The notes beneath the pieces were generated by a model. That model saw only the letters and a list, made by a program, of their open reading frames with translations, had not been told where the DNA came from and searched no databases. This document shows, one piece after another, positions 27,196 to 36,278 of a DNA stretch of 64,000 nt. The stretch comes from an uncultured Candidatus Binatia bacterium (lineage in GTDB: Bacteria > Desulfobacterota > Binatia > UBA9968 > JAJDTQ01). The stretch is from assembly GCA_965242525.1 (NCBI GenBank), contig OZ251459.1, positions 3,232,001-3,296,000 on the forward strand, in the 5' to 3' direction. The stretch's first letter is position 1, and the number at the start of each line of letters is the position of its first letter. A program made the translations under genes and the position numbers.

Positions 27196-27340
27196 GGAAA
27201 CCCTGAACAATCGAGACATCCAGGACGGATTCCCGCTTCCCTCGCCATGACGCCCCTATCCCCGTTCGTCCTGAGCGTAGCGAAGCGAAGTCGAAGGACG
27301 CGCTCTTCCCCCCTGTCTGTCTCGATTGTTCAGGGTTTCC
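27196..27340. mobile_element. 145-bp MITE with perfect 23-bp TIRs and TCAG target duplication, carrying a family-A repeat
   Basis: tcag|ggaaaccctgaacaatcgagaca ... tgtctcgattgttcagggtttcc|tcag. Confidence 0.88.
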
Positions 27341-27377
27341 TCAGTCGAGTGTGGGAGTTTTCCTGCCCGCGGGGCGC

Positions 27378-30300
27378 CTACCAGCGCCAGCGGGTATAGA
27401 GGGTGAGGCTGTTGGTCCTGCCGCCGCCGGCCCGTGTCTCGTGTTGGCCCTCCAGGTCCATGGCCATGGCCTTCCCCAACTTCATCCGGCTGCCCAGACG
27501 GTAGCCTCGGCGCCCCGGTCCGCTGATGGACACGCCGCCGTAGGGGGTCAGCAGGCCCGCGCCTTGGTGCGTCACCACTCCGTAGCCCACGTCCAGGTCC
27601 AGGCGCTGCGCGGATAGCCCCCGCGCCGCGTCATCGGGGTCCACGCCGGCCCGCAACCCCGACGGGCCGCGCCACATCTCCTCCAGTCGGCTCCCCTGTG
27701 CGCCCCACACCGGCGCCATGGTGAACCACAGACCTCCGCCGAACTCTCCCGGGTCCAGCCGCAGGGTCACGCTCGCGCCCCATTCGTCGAAGGACGACTC
27801 CTCGTGGAGCAGCAGGTACCGGCCCCGGGCCTCGACACTCAAGCCCAACTCCGTGTCCGCGAACTCCAGGCCGCCCCCCAACTCCGCGCCCAGACCCGTC
27901 TCCGCGTCGCCGCGGTCCCACCGGCCCCCGATCTCCAGGAACGGCGTCACCTGCGAGACCTCCGAGACCGGCCACGCGGTCCGGCCTTCCAGCATCAGCC
28001 GCATCCGTTGGGCATCGCCCGAGGCCTTCGGCAGCCCCTGTGCGGCGCCGACCTCCAGTCCGGCCAGGAAGGCGTCGGCCTTCATCGCCAAGTCGATCTT
28101 CCGCCAGGTGAACAACTCCTGCCGGGCGCCCACCGAGGCCAACAGCATCTCCAGGTCGGAATCCGCCTTCCCGGCCTCGTCCTCCAGGTCGGTATCGCCC
28201 CAGCCCGCACCCAGCAGACCCCACACGCCCAAGCCGGAGCGCGGGGTCCAGTGCACGTAGGGCAGCACGCTGGTCAGGCCCACGTCCACCTTGCCCCTGG
28301 TCACTCCGGTGGTCTCGTAGTCCACGTCGCCCCAGCTTTGGGCCAGCGCCATGCCCAGCAACACGTCCCGGCGCATGCGGTAGTCGAGGCCCACGTAGCC
28401 GGTGAACACGTCGCCGTCCATGGTGAAGCCGTCCACGGGCCGACCGCCGAACCCGTTGGCCGTGCCCCGGCCCCACAATGTCCAGCCCGTGGTCCGGCCC
28501 CGGGACTCCCGGTCGCTCAACGGCAGCTCGAACCGGCTCCCGGCCAGTATCCCCGCCGCGGACACCTGCCGCCGGCGCCACGTCCGTCCGTCCCTCCCGG
28601 CCCACGGGCCGGCCGCGGCATCGAAGTCGCGCCAGACCGTGGAAGCAGGCGGACCCGCAGGGTCGTCCCACGCGCCGTTGCCTGCCGCGGACGAGTGGAC
28701 CTCCACGCCCAGGACCCGCGCCATGCCGAAGACCATGTCCGCGGCGCCGTCGCGCCCCCCGGGGTCCAGCCGCAGCCGCTGCCCGCCCACGACCGCCTGC
28801 GCCTCCGAAGGCGCACCCGTGAACCGCCCGCCGATGACATCCACCGCGTCCGTCGCCAGCGTGCGGCCCACTCCCGCCAGCACCATGTGCAGCGCCCGAT
28901 GGCGCGCGCCCTCCGTGTCGTCGTCCGTGATCGTCACCGTTCCCGAAGCCGCCTGCGGGTCCGGCTCGGCGTTGGTGGCCTCCGTCAGCCGCACCCGGAA
29001 CGTCTCCGGGGGCTCCACCCGCAGGTCGTCCAGGGTCTCCACCCGCAACGTCTTCTCCCGGTCGCCCGGCCGGAACGTCAGGCGCCCGTCCGCAGCGCGG
29101 TAGTCCTCCCCCGCCTCGGCCGTACCGTCCTCCGTGGCCCACCTCACCGTCACCAGGACTTCGGAGGGCTCGTCCAGCACCACCCGCAGCTCCGCAACTT
29201 CGCCTTCCACCGCGGCGGCGGCCCCTGCGGCCCCTATCGTCGAGGCCCTCGTGACCGACGCGACGGCCTTGCGGTAGGGCGTGCCGGTAACCTCGGCGTA
29301 TTCGTCGCCGTGGCCGTTGGCGAACATGGGGGTGACGCGCACGGTGTACATGACGCCGGGGTCGAGGTCCTCGATGGTGTAGGTGACCCGGTTGGCCTCG
29401 GCGTAGGGGGTAGCCCGGACCGAGGAGATGGAACGCAGGGCGCTGGCGCGGTCGTCTTCGACGGAGATGCAGGTCCGCCCTTCGGGGACGCATCTGTCTT
29501 CCCGGTCCGGGTCGCCGCCGTACTCCTGTGCGTCGGACCTCCACTGTACGCGGTAACCGGTCGCGTCGGGGACCCTCAGCCACGATACGTCCAGGCTCGC
29601 CGCTCCCGGCGTCACGGACGCGGTGATCTGGTCCAGCGGCGCGCCGGTGGCCTCGGCAGAGGGGGCGCCGGCGTAAAAGGTCCCGAAGTCCGGCTTGACC
29701 CGCACCGTGTACGCGACGCCGGGGGTGAGGCCGGGAATCGTGTAGCTCCTCGTGTTCACGCCGCTCACCACGCGGTGCCGGTCCATGCCGGGGACGTCGG
29801 CGTAGTCCGCCGCGTACTTGTAGGTCACGGTGTCGCTCCAGTGTTGCGCGCCGGACCTCCACTGCACCTTGTAGCCCTGGGGTTTGGTGCGCGTCTTCGA
29901 GTTCTCGGCGTCCGGCAAAGGGTCCCAGGCGACCGTCAGTTGTCCCGGCCCGGGCGTTACCCTCACGTTCTGCACCTGCCATTGCCGCGCCTGCTCCACG
30001 TCTCCTCCCCACACCGTGACGCCCCTTCCTCGAAGGGTCGCGATATGGCCGGCGGCGTCGGCGTTCAGGGTCGTAACGTCGTCCAGCGAGACGATGTCCC
30101 CGGAACTCAATCCCGAGTTGAGGACCAGCGGCGAGATGTCTTCGACGCCGATGGCGTCGAGATCGAAATAGTAGATGCTGGTCATGCCGCTCAACGGCGA
30201 GAGGTCGCGGAGTCGATAGTTTTCCTGGAGTGTCAGGCGGGTCAGGGACGTCATCCCCCGGAGCGGCTCGATGTTCGTGATCCGGTTGCCGGCGAGGGTC

Positions 30301-31094
30301 AGCCGATCCAGGCCGGTGAGGCCGGCGAGGGGGGTGAGGTCCGAGATCCGGTTGTCGCTGAGGTATAGCCGGGTCAGGCCGGTGAGGCCGGCAAGGGGGC
30401 TGAGGTCCGAGATCCGGTTCACGGTGAGGCTTAGCTGCCTCAGGTTGGTGAGGCCGGCAAGGGGGGTGAGGTCCGAGATCCGATGGCTCTCGGGGAGTTG
30501 CAGGATTTGCAGGTTGGTGAGACCGGCGATCGGCGTGAGGTCCTGGAGGTCGGCATGTATGAGCGTCAGCTCGGTCAGGGAAGTCAGGCCGGCGAGGGGG
30601 GCGAGGTCCGAGATGGGATGATACCGGAGCCGCACGCGGGTCAGCCCGGTGGCGTGCTCCAGCCCCGTCAGATCGTGGATGCGGCCGGCCACGTTGAACT
30701 GGTCCGAGAAGGGGCCCACGAGCTGCAGGCAGCCGGTGGGGTCCGCATAGATGCAGGTCCTCAGCCCCGCCATGTCCGCGTGGGTGATGGTCGCTCCGCT
30801 GGCCTTGTTCAGCGCCGCCTCCACCTTCGCCCGCAAGTTGGCGTCGGGGATGTGCACCGGGTCGGTGGGCTGGGCCCCCGCGCCGGTATGCGCCGCAGCC
30901 TCATGCGCGGGCGCCGCGAACGAGACCACGACCGCAACGGCCCACAGCGCGAGCAGGACGCGAAGGGAACGCCCGGGGTTTCGACCCGCGGCGGCGCAAC
31001 CCCTTATCGGGGGGGGGGGGGGGGGGGCAGTGCATTCGGAAATCCCTTGCATGGTCGTCATGGCGTCCTCGGCTTGCCGGAGGTTGGTATCCAT
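27378..31094 (-). CDS. Autotransporter-like surface protein: internalin-type LRRs, FN3 domains, Calx-beta, C-terminal beta-barrel
   Basis: GGAGAGGAG RBS before ATG 31094; signal-like hydrophobic stretch; IPDANLR cap; 22-aa ISDLTPLAGLTNL repeats; LTVAW..GYKVQW..YTIPGLTPGVAYTVRV; TEDGTAEAGEDY..ETFRVRL; ends TRWRW. Confidence 0.88.
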   Translation of the reverse strand: MDTNLRQAEDAMTTMQGISECTAPPPPPPIRGCAAAGRNPGRSLRVLLALWAVAVVVSFAAPAHEAAAHTGAGAQPTDPVHIPDANLRAKVEAALNKASGATITHADMAGLRTCIYADPTGCLQLVGPFSDQFNVAGRIHDLTGLEHATGLTRVRLRYHPISDLAPLAGLTSLTELTLIHADLQDLTPIAGLTNLQILQLPESHRISDLTPLAGLTNLRQLSLTVNRISDLSPLAGLTGLTRLYLSDNRISDLTPLAGLTGLDRLTLAGNRITNIEPLRGMTSLTRLTLQENYRLRDLSPLSGMTSIYYFDLDAIGVEDISPLVLNSGLSSGDIVSLDDVTTLNADAAGHIATLRGRGVTVWGGDVEQARQWQVQNVRVTPGPGQLTVAWDPLPDAENSKTRTKPQGYKVQWRSGAQHWSDTVTYKYAADYADVPGMDRHRVVSGVNTRSYTIPGLTPGVAYTVRVKPDFGTFYAGAPSAEATGAPLDQITASVTPGAASLDVSWLRVPDATGYRVQWRSDAQEYGGDPDREDRCVPEGRTCISVEDDRASALRSISSVRATPYAEANRVTYTIEDLDPGVMYTVRVTPMFANGHGDEYAEVTGTPYRKAVASVTRASTIGAAGAAAAVEGEVAELRVVLDEPSEVLVTVRWATEDGTAEAGEDYRAADGRLTFRPGDREKTLRVETLDDLRVEPPETFRVRLTEATNAEPDPQAASGTVTITDDDTEGARHRALHMVLAGVGRTLATDAVDVIGGRFTGAPSEAQAVVGGQRLRLDPGGRDGAADMVFGMARVLGVEVHSSAAGNGAWDDPAGPPASTVWRDFDAAAGPWAGRDGRTWRRRQVSAAGILAGSRFELPLSDRESRGRTTGWTLWGRGTANGFGGRPVDGFTMDGDVFTGYVGLDYRMRRDVLLGMALAQSWGDVDYETTGVTRGKVDVGLTSVLPYVHWTPRSGLGVWGLLGAGWGDTDLEDEAGKADSDLEMLLASVGARQELFTWRKIDLAMKADAFLAGLEVGAAQGLPKASGDAQRMRLMLEGRTAWPVSEVSQVTPFLEIGGRWDRGDAETGLGAELGGGLEFADTELGLSVEARGRYLLLHEESSFDEWGASVTLRLDPGEFGGGLWFTMAPVWGAQGSRLEEMWRGPSGLRAGVDPDDAARGLSAQRLDLDVGYGVVTHQGAGLLTPYGGVSISGPGRRGYRLGSRMKLGKAMAMDLEGQHETRAGGGRTNSLTLYTRWRW
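30270..30620 (-). repeat. 66-bp coding tandem repeats (LRR units)
   Basis: Recurring gaggccggc(a/g)aggggg(g/c)tgaggtccgagat at 66-nt period. Confidence 0.85.
31009..31027 (-). repeat. 19-nt homopolymer (C19 on the coding strand) in the autotransporter leader
   Basis: G run 31009-31027 encoding APPPPPP. Confidence 0.9.
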
Positions 31095-31174
31095 CGGGTT
31101 TGCTCCTCTCCGGTCCGCCTTGGCCTTCGTCCACCCCGGAACCGGCCGCGAGTCGATGACGGAAAGGGAGACGG

Positions 31175-31203
31175 AACATAAGGACAACTCTTCATCTTGT
31201 CAA
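31175..31203 (-). promoter_or_regulatory. Sigma70-type promoter for the autotransporter
   Basis: Minus strand TTGACA-N17-TATGTT. Confidence 0.6.
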
Positions 31204-31309
31204 GGCCGAAACGCCGCCGCGCCGCCCGGACCCTATAGTTTTCCGGCCGCCGGCCGATCAGTCAGTTTTCAAGGGGTCGAAAAGGGGGAACCTCGTCGGA
31301 GCAAGGCGT

Positions 31310-33025
31310 ATGGAACGGTCCATGGGAGAGATCCTGGTTCGCGCAGGGGTCATCACCCGCGAGGAGCAGGAGAGGGCGGCAGCGGTGCAGCGGCGAACCG
31401 GCGCCAACTTGGTGGCGGCCCTGGTCCGGGACGGCGCCGCGGACGAGGACCGGCTCATGGCGTTCGTGGCCGAACGGTTCGGCCTCGACGAGACGGACCT
31501 GGGGCCGGCCGACATCGACGATGCGGCCCTCGGCCTGCTGCCGCTCCCCCTCATACAGAAGCGCCGCATGATCCCCTTCGCGCGCGCGGGTTCGGTGCTC
31601 CACATGGCCATGAGCGACCCCACGGACCTTGCGGCCATGGACGAGGTGCGGTTCCTGACGGGCTGTGACGTGCGGGTGAGGTTGGCGCGTCCGTCCACCA
31701 TCCAGAACGTCCTCAACGACCGCTTCGGCTCCCTGAGCTACGACGCGGTGCTGCGCAACGTGGCGCCGGAGAAGTCCGGCGAGGACCCCGCGGGAGAAGA
31801 GGGCCGGGCCGCCGCGGCCTCCGCCGAGGCCGCCGCGGAGACGCCGGTGGTGGCCCTGGTGGACGCGCTGATGAAGGACGGGGTCATGCGCCGCGCCAGC
31901 GACATCCACGTGGAGCCCTACGAAGAGAGCGTCCGCATCCGCTTCCGGATCGACGGGGTGCTGCAGGAGATCATGACCCCGCCGCCCGCGCTGAAGCAGG
32001 CTTTGACCTCGCGCATCAAGGTCCTGGCGGGTCTCGACATCGCCGAGCACCGCTTGCCCCAGGACGGACGGCTGAAGCTGACGGCCGACGGGCGCGAAGT
32101 GGATATACGGGTCTCGGTGCTGCCGACCCTGTTCGGGGAGAAGGTGGTCCTGCGGCTCCTGGACCGGTCCGACCTCGTGACGAGCCTCGCCGGGCTGGAC
32201 CTGGAAGCGCGGGACCGGGAGCGCTTCGTGGAGGCCATGCACAAGACCGCGGGCATGATCCTGCTCACGGGGCCTACCGGAAGCGGCAAGTCCACCACCC
32301 TCTACGGCATGTTGTCGGAGCTCAACCGGCCGGGGGTGAACATCTCCACCGCGGAGGACCCCATCGAGTACCACCTCGCGGGCATCAACCAGGTCCAGAC
32401 CCACGGGGAGATCGGCCTCTCCTTCGCCGCCTGCCTGCGGGCGTTCCTGCGCCAGGACCCGGACGTCATCATGGTGGGCGAGATCCGGGACGCCGAGACC
32501 GCCCGGATCGCGGTCAACGCCGCCCTCACGGGCCATCGGGTGCTCACCACCCTGCACACCAACGACGCGCCGTCCAGCGTGCACCGGCTCACGGACATGG
32601 GCGTGGAGCCCTACCTCATCGCGTCGTCCGTCACCATGGTCGCGGCCCAGCGCCTGCTGCGGCGGGTGTGCGACCGGTGCAGGGTGCGCGAGGACTACCA
32701 GCCGGGGATGCTCACGGCGCCGGGCCGTCGAGCGGAAGACGTGCGCGACGTGGCGGGGTTCCGCGGCGAAGGCTGCCCCGAATGCCACCACACCGGCTAC
32801 CGGGGCCGGGTCGCCATCTACGAGATCATGCCCCTGTGCGACGACCTCAAGAGGATGATCCTCGGCGGCGGCGGCGCCGCGGAGCTCAAGTCCGCGGCCA
32901 TGGGGAAGGGCATGCTGACCCTGCGCCAGGCGGCGCTGGAAAAGGTGCGGCGAGGGGTCACCACCATCGAGGAGGCCCTGCGGGTGACGGAGCCGGACCC
33001 CGCCGGCGCAAGCGGCCGGCCATGA
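31310..33025 (+). CDS. pilB: Type IV pilus assembly ATPase PilB
   Basis: ASDIHVEP, RIDG, LPQDGR, GPTGSGKSTT, LRQDPDVIMVGEIRD, Cys4 motif. Confidence 0.92.
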   Translation: MERSMGEILVRAGVITREEQERAAAVQRRTGANLVAALVRDGAADEDRLMAFVAERFGLDETDLGPADIDDAALGLLPLPLIQKRRMIPFARAGSVLHMAMSDPTDLAAMDEVRFLTGCDVRVRLARPSTIQNVLNDRFGSLSYDAVLRNVAPEKSGEDPAGEEGRAAAASAEAAAETPVVALVDALMKDGVMRRASDIHVEPYEESVRIRFRIDGVLQEIMTPPPALKQALTSRIKVLAGLDIAEHRLPQDGRLKLTADGREVDIRVSVLPTLFGEKVVLRLLDRSDLVTSLAGLDLEARDRERFVEAMHKTAGMILLTGPTGSGKSTTLYGMLSELNRPGVNISTAEDPIEYHLAGINQVQTHGEIGLSFAACLRAFLRQDPDVIMVGEIRDAETARIAVNAALTGHRVLTTLHTNDAPSSVHRLTDMGVEPYLIASSVTMVAAQRLLRRVCDRCRVREDYQPGMLTAPGRRAEDVRDVAGFRGEGCPECHHTGYRGRVAIYEIMPLCDDLKRMILGGGGAAELKSAAMGKGMLTLRQAALEKVRRGVTTIEEALRVTEPDPAGASGRP

Positions 33026-33115
33026 ACGGAAGGCGCTCCATTCCCCGTTCGCGGCCCGCGGGTCCCGGAAAAGCCGGAGGCGGCCGCGGCTTCCCGTCCT
33101 TGGCGGACTGATCCC

Positions 33116-34327
33116 ATGGCGCTCTACAGGTGGCAGGGCAGGAACCGGCAGGGACGGCTGCTCCGGGGGGAGATGGAGGCCGCGGACCGAGCCGCGGTGC
33201 TGGCCGAACTGCGCCGGCGCAGGATCCGGCCGCGGCCGTCGAGCATACGGGAGAAGGGCGCGGGACTCCGGCGGGAGCTCGCGTTCGCGCCCAGGGTCGG
33301 CGCCGACGACATCGTGGTGTTGACGCGGAACTTCGGCGTGATGATCGAGGCCGGGGTGCCCATCGTCGAATGCCTCCAGGTCCTCACCGACCAGACCGGG
33401 AACCCGGCGGTCAGGCAGGCGGTCCAGAAGGTCCGGCTCGACGTGTCCAACGGCATGGCCCTGGCCGCGGCCCTGTCGAAGCATCCAAGGCTGTTCGACA
33501 CCGTGTTCGTCCGCATGGTGGCGGCCGGCGAGGCGGGGGGCGTCCTGCCGCAGATCCTCGCCCGCCTGGCCCTCTTCATCGAGCGGTCGGCCCGGCTCAA
33601 GCGGACGGTGAAGACCGCCATGATCTATCCCTCCACCGTCGTCCTGACGGCCGTCCTGGTGGTGGCGGTGCTCCTCCTCTACGTGATCCCGGTGTTCGCG
33701 GAAGTCTATGAGGGCATGGGCAAGACGCTCCCGCCCCTGACCGAGGCGACCGTGGCCCTGAGCCGCTGGCTGTACGACTACTGCCTGTGGCTCCTCGGGG
33801 GCCTGCTCGCGGTCGCCGCCGCCGCCTGGAGCGCGTTTCGCACCGAGGGCGGCCTTCGGGCCCTCCACGGGTGGCTGTTGCGGCTTCCGCTGGTGGGGGA
33901 GGTCCTGCGCAAGGCCGCCATCGCCCGCTTCGGGCACAACACGGGCCTCCTGCTGCAGTCCGGGGTGACGCTGCTGGACAGCCTGGGCATCACCGCGGGG
34001 ACCACCGGCAACAAGGTCCTGGAGCAGGCGGTCATGGAGACCCGGGAAGGCCTCGAACGAGGGATGCCCCTGGCCGAGCTCCTGGCCGCCAGCGGGCTGT
34101 TCCCGGCGCTGGTGTGCCACATGGTCGCGGTCGGGGAAAGCATCGGCGCCCTGGACACGATGCTCAACCGGGTAGCGGCTTTCTACGAGGAAGAAGTCGA
34201 TCGTACGGTGGCCCGGCTCACCGCGCTCATGGAGCCGGTCCTCATGATCGTCCTGGGGACCGTGCTCGGGGGCATCGTCATCTCCATGTACCTTCCGATC
34301 TTCCAGATCAGCAACCTGGTTCCATAG
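33116..34327 (+). CDS. pilC: Type IV pilus platform protein PilC (T2SS F family)
   Basis: AGEAGGVL, AMIYP, VGESIGALD, ALMEP, MYLPIF. Confidence 0.92.
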   Translation: MALYRWQGRNRQGRLLRGEMEAADRAAVLAELRRRRIRPRPSSIREKGAGLRRELAFAPRVGADDIVVLTRNFGVMIEAGVPIVECLQVLTDQTGNPAVRQAVQKVRLDVSNGMALAAALSKHPRLFDTVFVRMVAAGEAGGVLPQILARLALFIERSARLKRTVKTAMIYPSTVVLTAVLVVAVLLLYVIPVFAEVYEGMGKTLPPLTEATVALSRWLYDYCLWLLGGLLAVAAAAWSAFRTEGGLRALHGWLLRLPLVGEVLRKAAIARFGHNTGLLLQSGVTLLDSLGITAGTTGNKVLEQAVMETREGLERGMPLAELLAASGLFPALVCHMVAVGESIGALDTMLNRVAAFYEEEVDRTVARLTALMEPVLMIVLGTVLGGIVISMYLPIFQISNLVP

Positions 34328-34338
34328 GAGTTCGGCCC

Positions 34339-34806
34339 ATGAGGACCACGATACGCATCCCCGACGAGGCCCGGGAGACCGGCGCATCCGTTGACGCAGG
34401 GGCGTCCTCCGCCCATGTCCGCAAGAGGGCCGGGACGGCCGGCTTCACCTTGATCGAGTTGCTGGTGGTCATCGCGGTCATCGGGATCCTCGCGTCCATC
34501 GCCATCCCGCAGTTCGATTCCTACCGCCGCAAGGGCTTCGACGCCGACGTCCAGGCCAACGCGAGGAACATGGCCATCTCCCAGGAGGCGTACTTCGTGG
34601 ACAACAACACCTACACGAAGAACGTCCCCGACCTGAAAAACTTCGGCTACGTAGAGAGCTCGAACGTGAAAGCGGAGATCCCGACGGGAAACGCCACCAC
34701 GTTCGAGGTCAAGGCATCGGCGAAAACCGGATGCAAGACGAAAACCGGGGTCGCCACCTACGACCAGTCCACCGGCCAGATCACCCTGGTGAAGTGCGCG
34801 CCGTAG
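34339..34806 (+). CDS. pilA: Type IV prepilin with a long leader
   Basis: AGGAG RBS; G|FTLIELLVVIAVIGILASIAIPQF cleavage/methylation motif; C-terminal Cys pair. Confidence 0.85.
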   Translation: MRTTIRIPDEARETGASVDAGASSAHVRKRAGTAGFTLIELLVVIAVIGILASIAIPQFDSYRRKGFDADVQANARNMAISQEAYFVDNNTYTKNVPDLKNFGYVESSNVKAEIPTGNATTFEVKASAKTGCKTKTGVATYDQSTGQITLVKCAP

Positions 34807-34823
34807 GGAGTGGACGGAGCGGG

Positions 34824-35051
34824 CTATCCGGCCGGCTCGTCGACCGGCGTCGGGAGGGGGTTCTTGTCTTCCTTGATGAAGTCGAAGAGCAGCCTCGGGA
34901 CCGCGTTGCATTGGATGCAGCGCGGGGATTTGGGCCGGTTCCCGTCCGGGTAGAGCATGTTCTTCAGGTAGAAGGGCTTCTCGGTGCCGACGTAACCTTC
35001 GTAGTAGAACGCCAGCTTGCCGCACTCGCTGCACTCCAGGTACTTCGCCAT
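34824..35051 (-). CDS. Small zinc-ribbon-like hypothetical protein (75 aa)
   Basis: MAKYLECSECGK...CIQC; GAAGGA RBS; follows the dioxygenase. Confidence 0.65.
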   Translation of the reverse strand: MAKYLECSECGKLAFYYEGYVGTEKPFYLKNMLYPDGNRPKSPRCIQCNAVPRLLFDFIKEDKNPLPTPVDEPAG

Positions 35052-35062
35052 GCTTCGTCCTT

Positions 35063-36133
35063 CTAGGCTTCGAAGACCGTGGTGATCTCCTGATGGCCGT
35101 GGTTTTCCGTATAGCCTTCCTCGCGGTAGAGGCCAAGGGCCTTCATCACCGGGGCGTCGTGGATGGCGAACAGGATGGCCTCGTCGTCGGTCTCGTTGGC
35201 GTGCTCGTGCCAACTCCAGGGGGGCGCCACGAAGAAGTCCCCCTGCTCCCAGTCGAAGCGCCGGCCGTCGATCACCGAGTAGCCCCGGCCCGCGAAGGCC
35301 AGATAGACCGAGCTCTGGACCTGCCGGTGGGCGCGGGTGCGGACTCCGGGCCGGATCATCTGCACGGTGCAGCTCATGGTGGGCAGGACCGGGCCTCCGG
35401 TCCGGGGGTTCAGGTACTCGAAACAGACGTCGTCGTGGGGGCTTGCCGCGCCTTCCCCGATCCGCTTCAGGGCGTCGTAGGTGGGCTCCCACTTGAAGTT
35501 CAGCAGCGGGGAGCGGTCTTCCCGCGTTTCCTCCCAGGTGGGGCGAAGGTGGGCCGCGCCGAACTTCCGCTCCGATTCGTTCACGTGGGCCACCGCGAAC
35601 CGGTGGTCCGGGTACGGCTCGAAGAACGCGGCGTCCAGGTCGCCCACCAGCGGCAGGTCGAGCCCGTCCATCCAGATCATGGGAGCGTCGGATTCGCAGC
35701 CGTGGTCGTGCCAGTCCCAACTCGGCGTGAGCACCAAGTCCCCCCGGCTCATGACGCACTTGTCGCCGTTGACGTTGGTGTAGGTGCGGTCGCCCTCGAT
35801 GACGAAGCGGATGGCCGACGGGGAATGCCGGTGGCAGGGAGCGACCTCTCCCGGCTTGACGATCTGCACCGCGGCCCACAGGGTCCGGGTGGCCGCGGGC
35901 TTGCCCCCCAGCCCCGGGTTGACCAGCCCCAGGACCCGGCGTTCTCCCCCCCGCTCGATGGGAACGAGGTCCCCGGCCCGGAAGGCCAGCCGGCGAAGGT
36001 CGGCCCAGCGCCACAGGTGCGCCTCGACCGGGGTCCGCGGCTCTGCGGGCAGCAGGTCCCGGGTCACGTTCCACAGGGGCACGAGATGCTTCTCATCGAC
36101 TTCCCGGTAGAATGTCTCGGCGTCCGTGTTCAT
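35063..36133 (-). CDS. Gentisate 1,2-dioxygenase family bicupin
   Basis: ERRVLGLVNPG, HRHSPSAIRFVIEG, GDLVLTPSWDWHDH, WMDGLDLP. Confidence 0.9.
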   Translation of the reverse strand: MNTDAETFYREVDEKHLVPLWNVTRDLLPAEPRTPVEAHLWRWADLRRLAFRAGDLVPIERGGERRVLGLVNPGLGGKPAATRTLWAAVQIVKPGEVAPCHRHSPSAIRFVIEGDRTYTNVNGDKCVMSRGDLVLTPSWDWHDHGCESDAPMIWMDGLDLPLVGDLDAAFFEPYPDHRFAVAHVNESERKFGAAHLRPTWEETREDRSPLLNFKWEPTYDALKRIGEGAASPHDDVCFEYLNPRTGGPVLPTMSCTVQMIRPGVRTRAHRQVQSSVYLAFAGRGYSVIDGRRFDWEQGDFFVAPPWSWHEHANETDDEAILFAIHDAPVMKALGLYREEGYTENHGHQEITTVFEA

Positions 36134-36278
36134 GCGGATAGCCCTCGCGGTGGAGCACTGGGTCGAAGCACTGAGGCTCACTTTAGACGCAAGGGCGTCA
36201 GGCAGTCAAAGGGGGAGGGCATGGCCGGAGTAACGGGCGCATGCCTCGCCTCGGGGCCGTGCGAGCTTCGAGCGCCTG

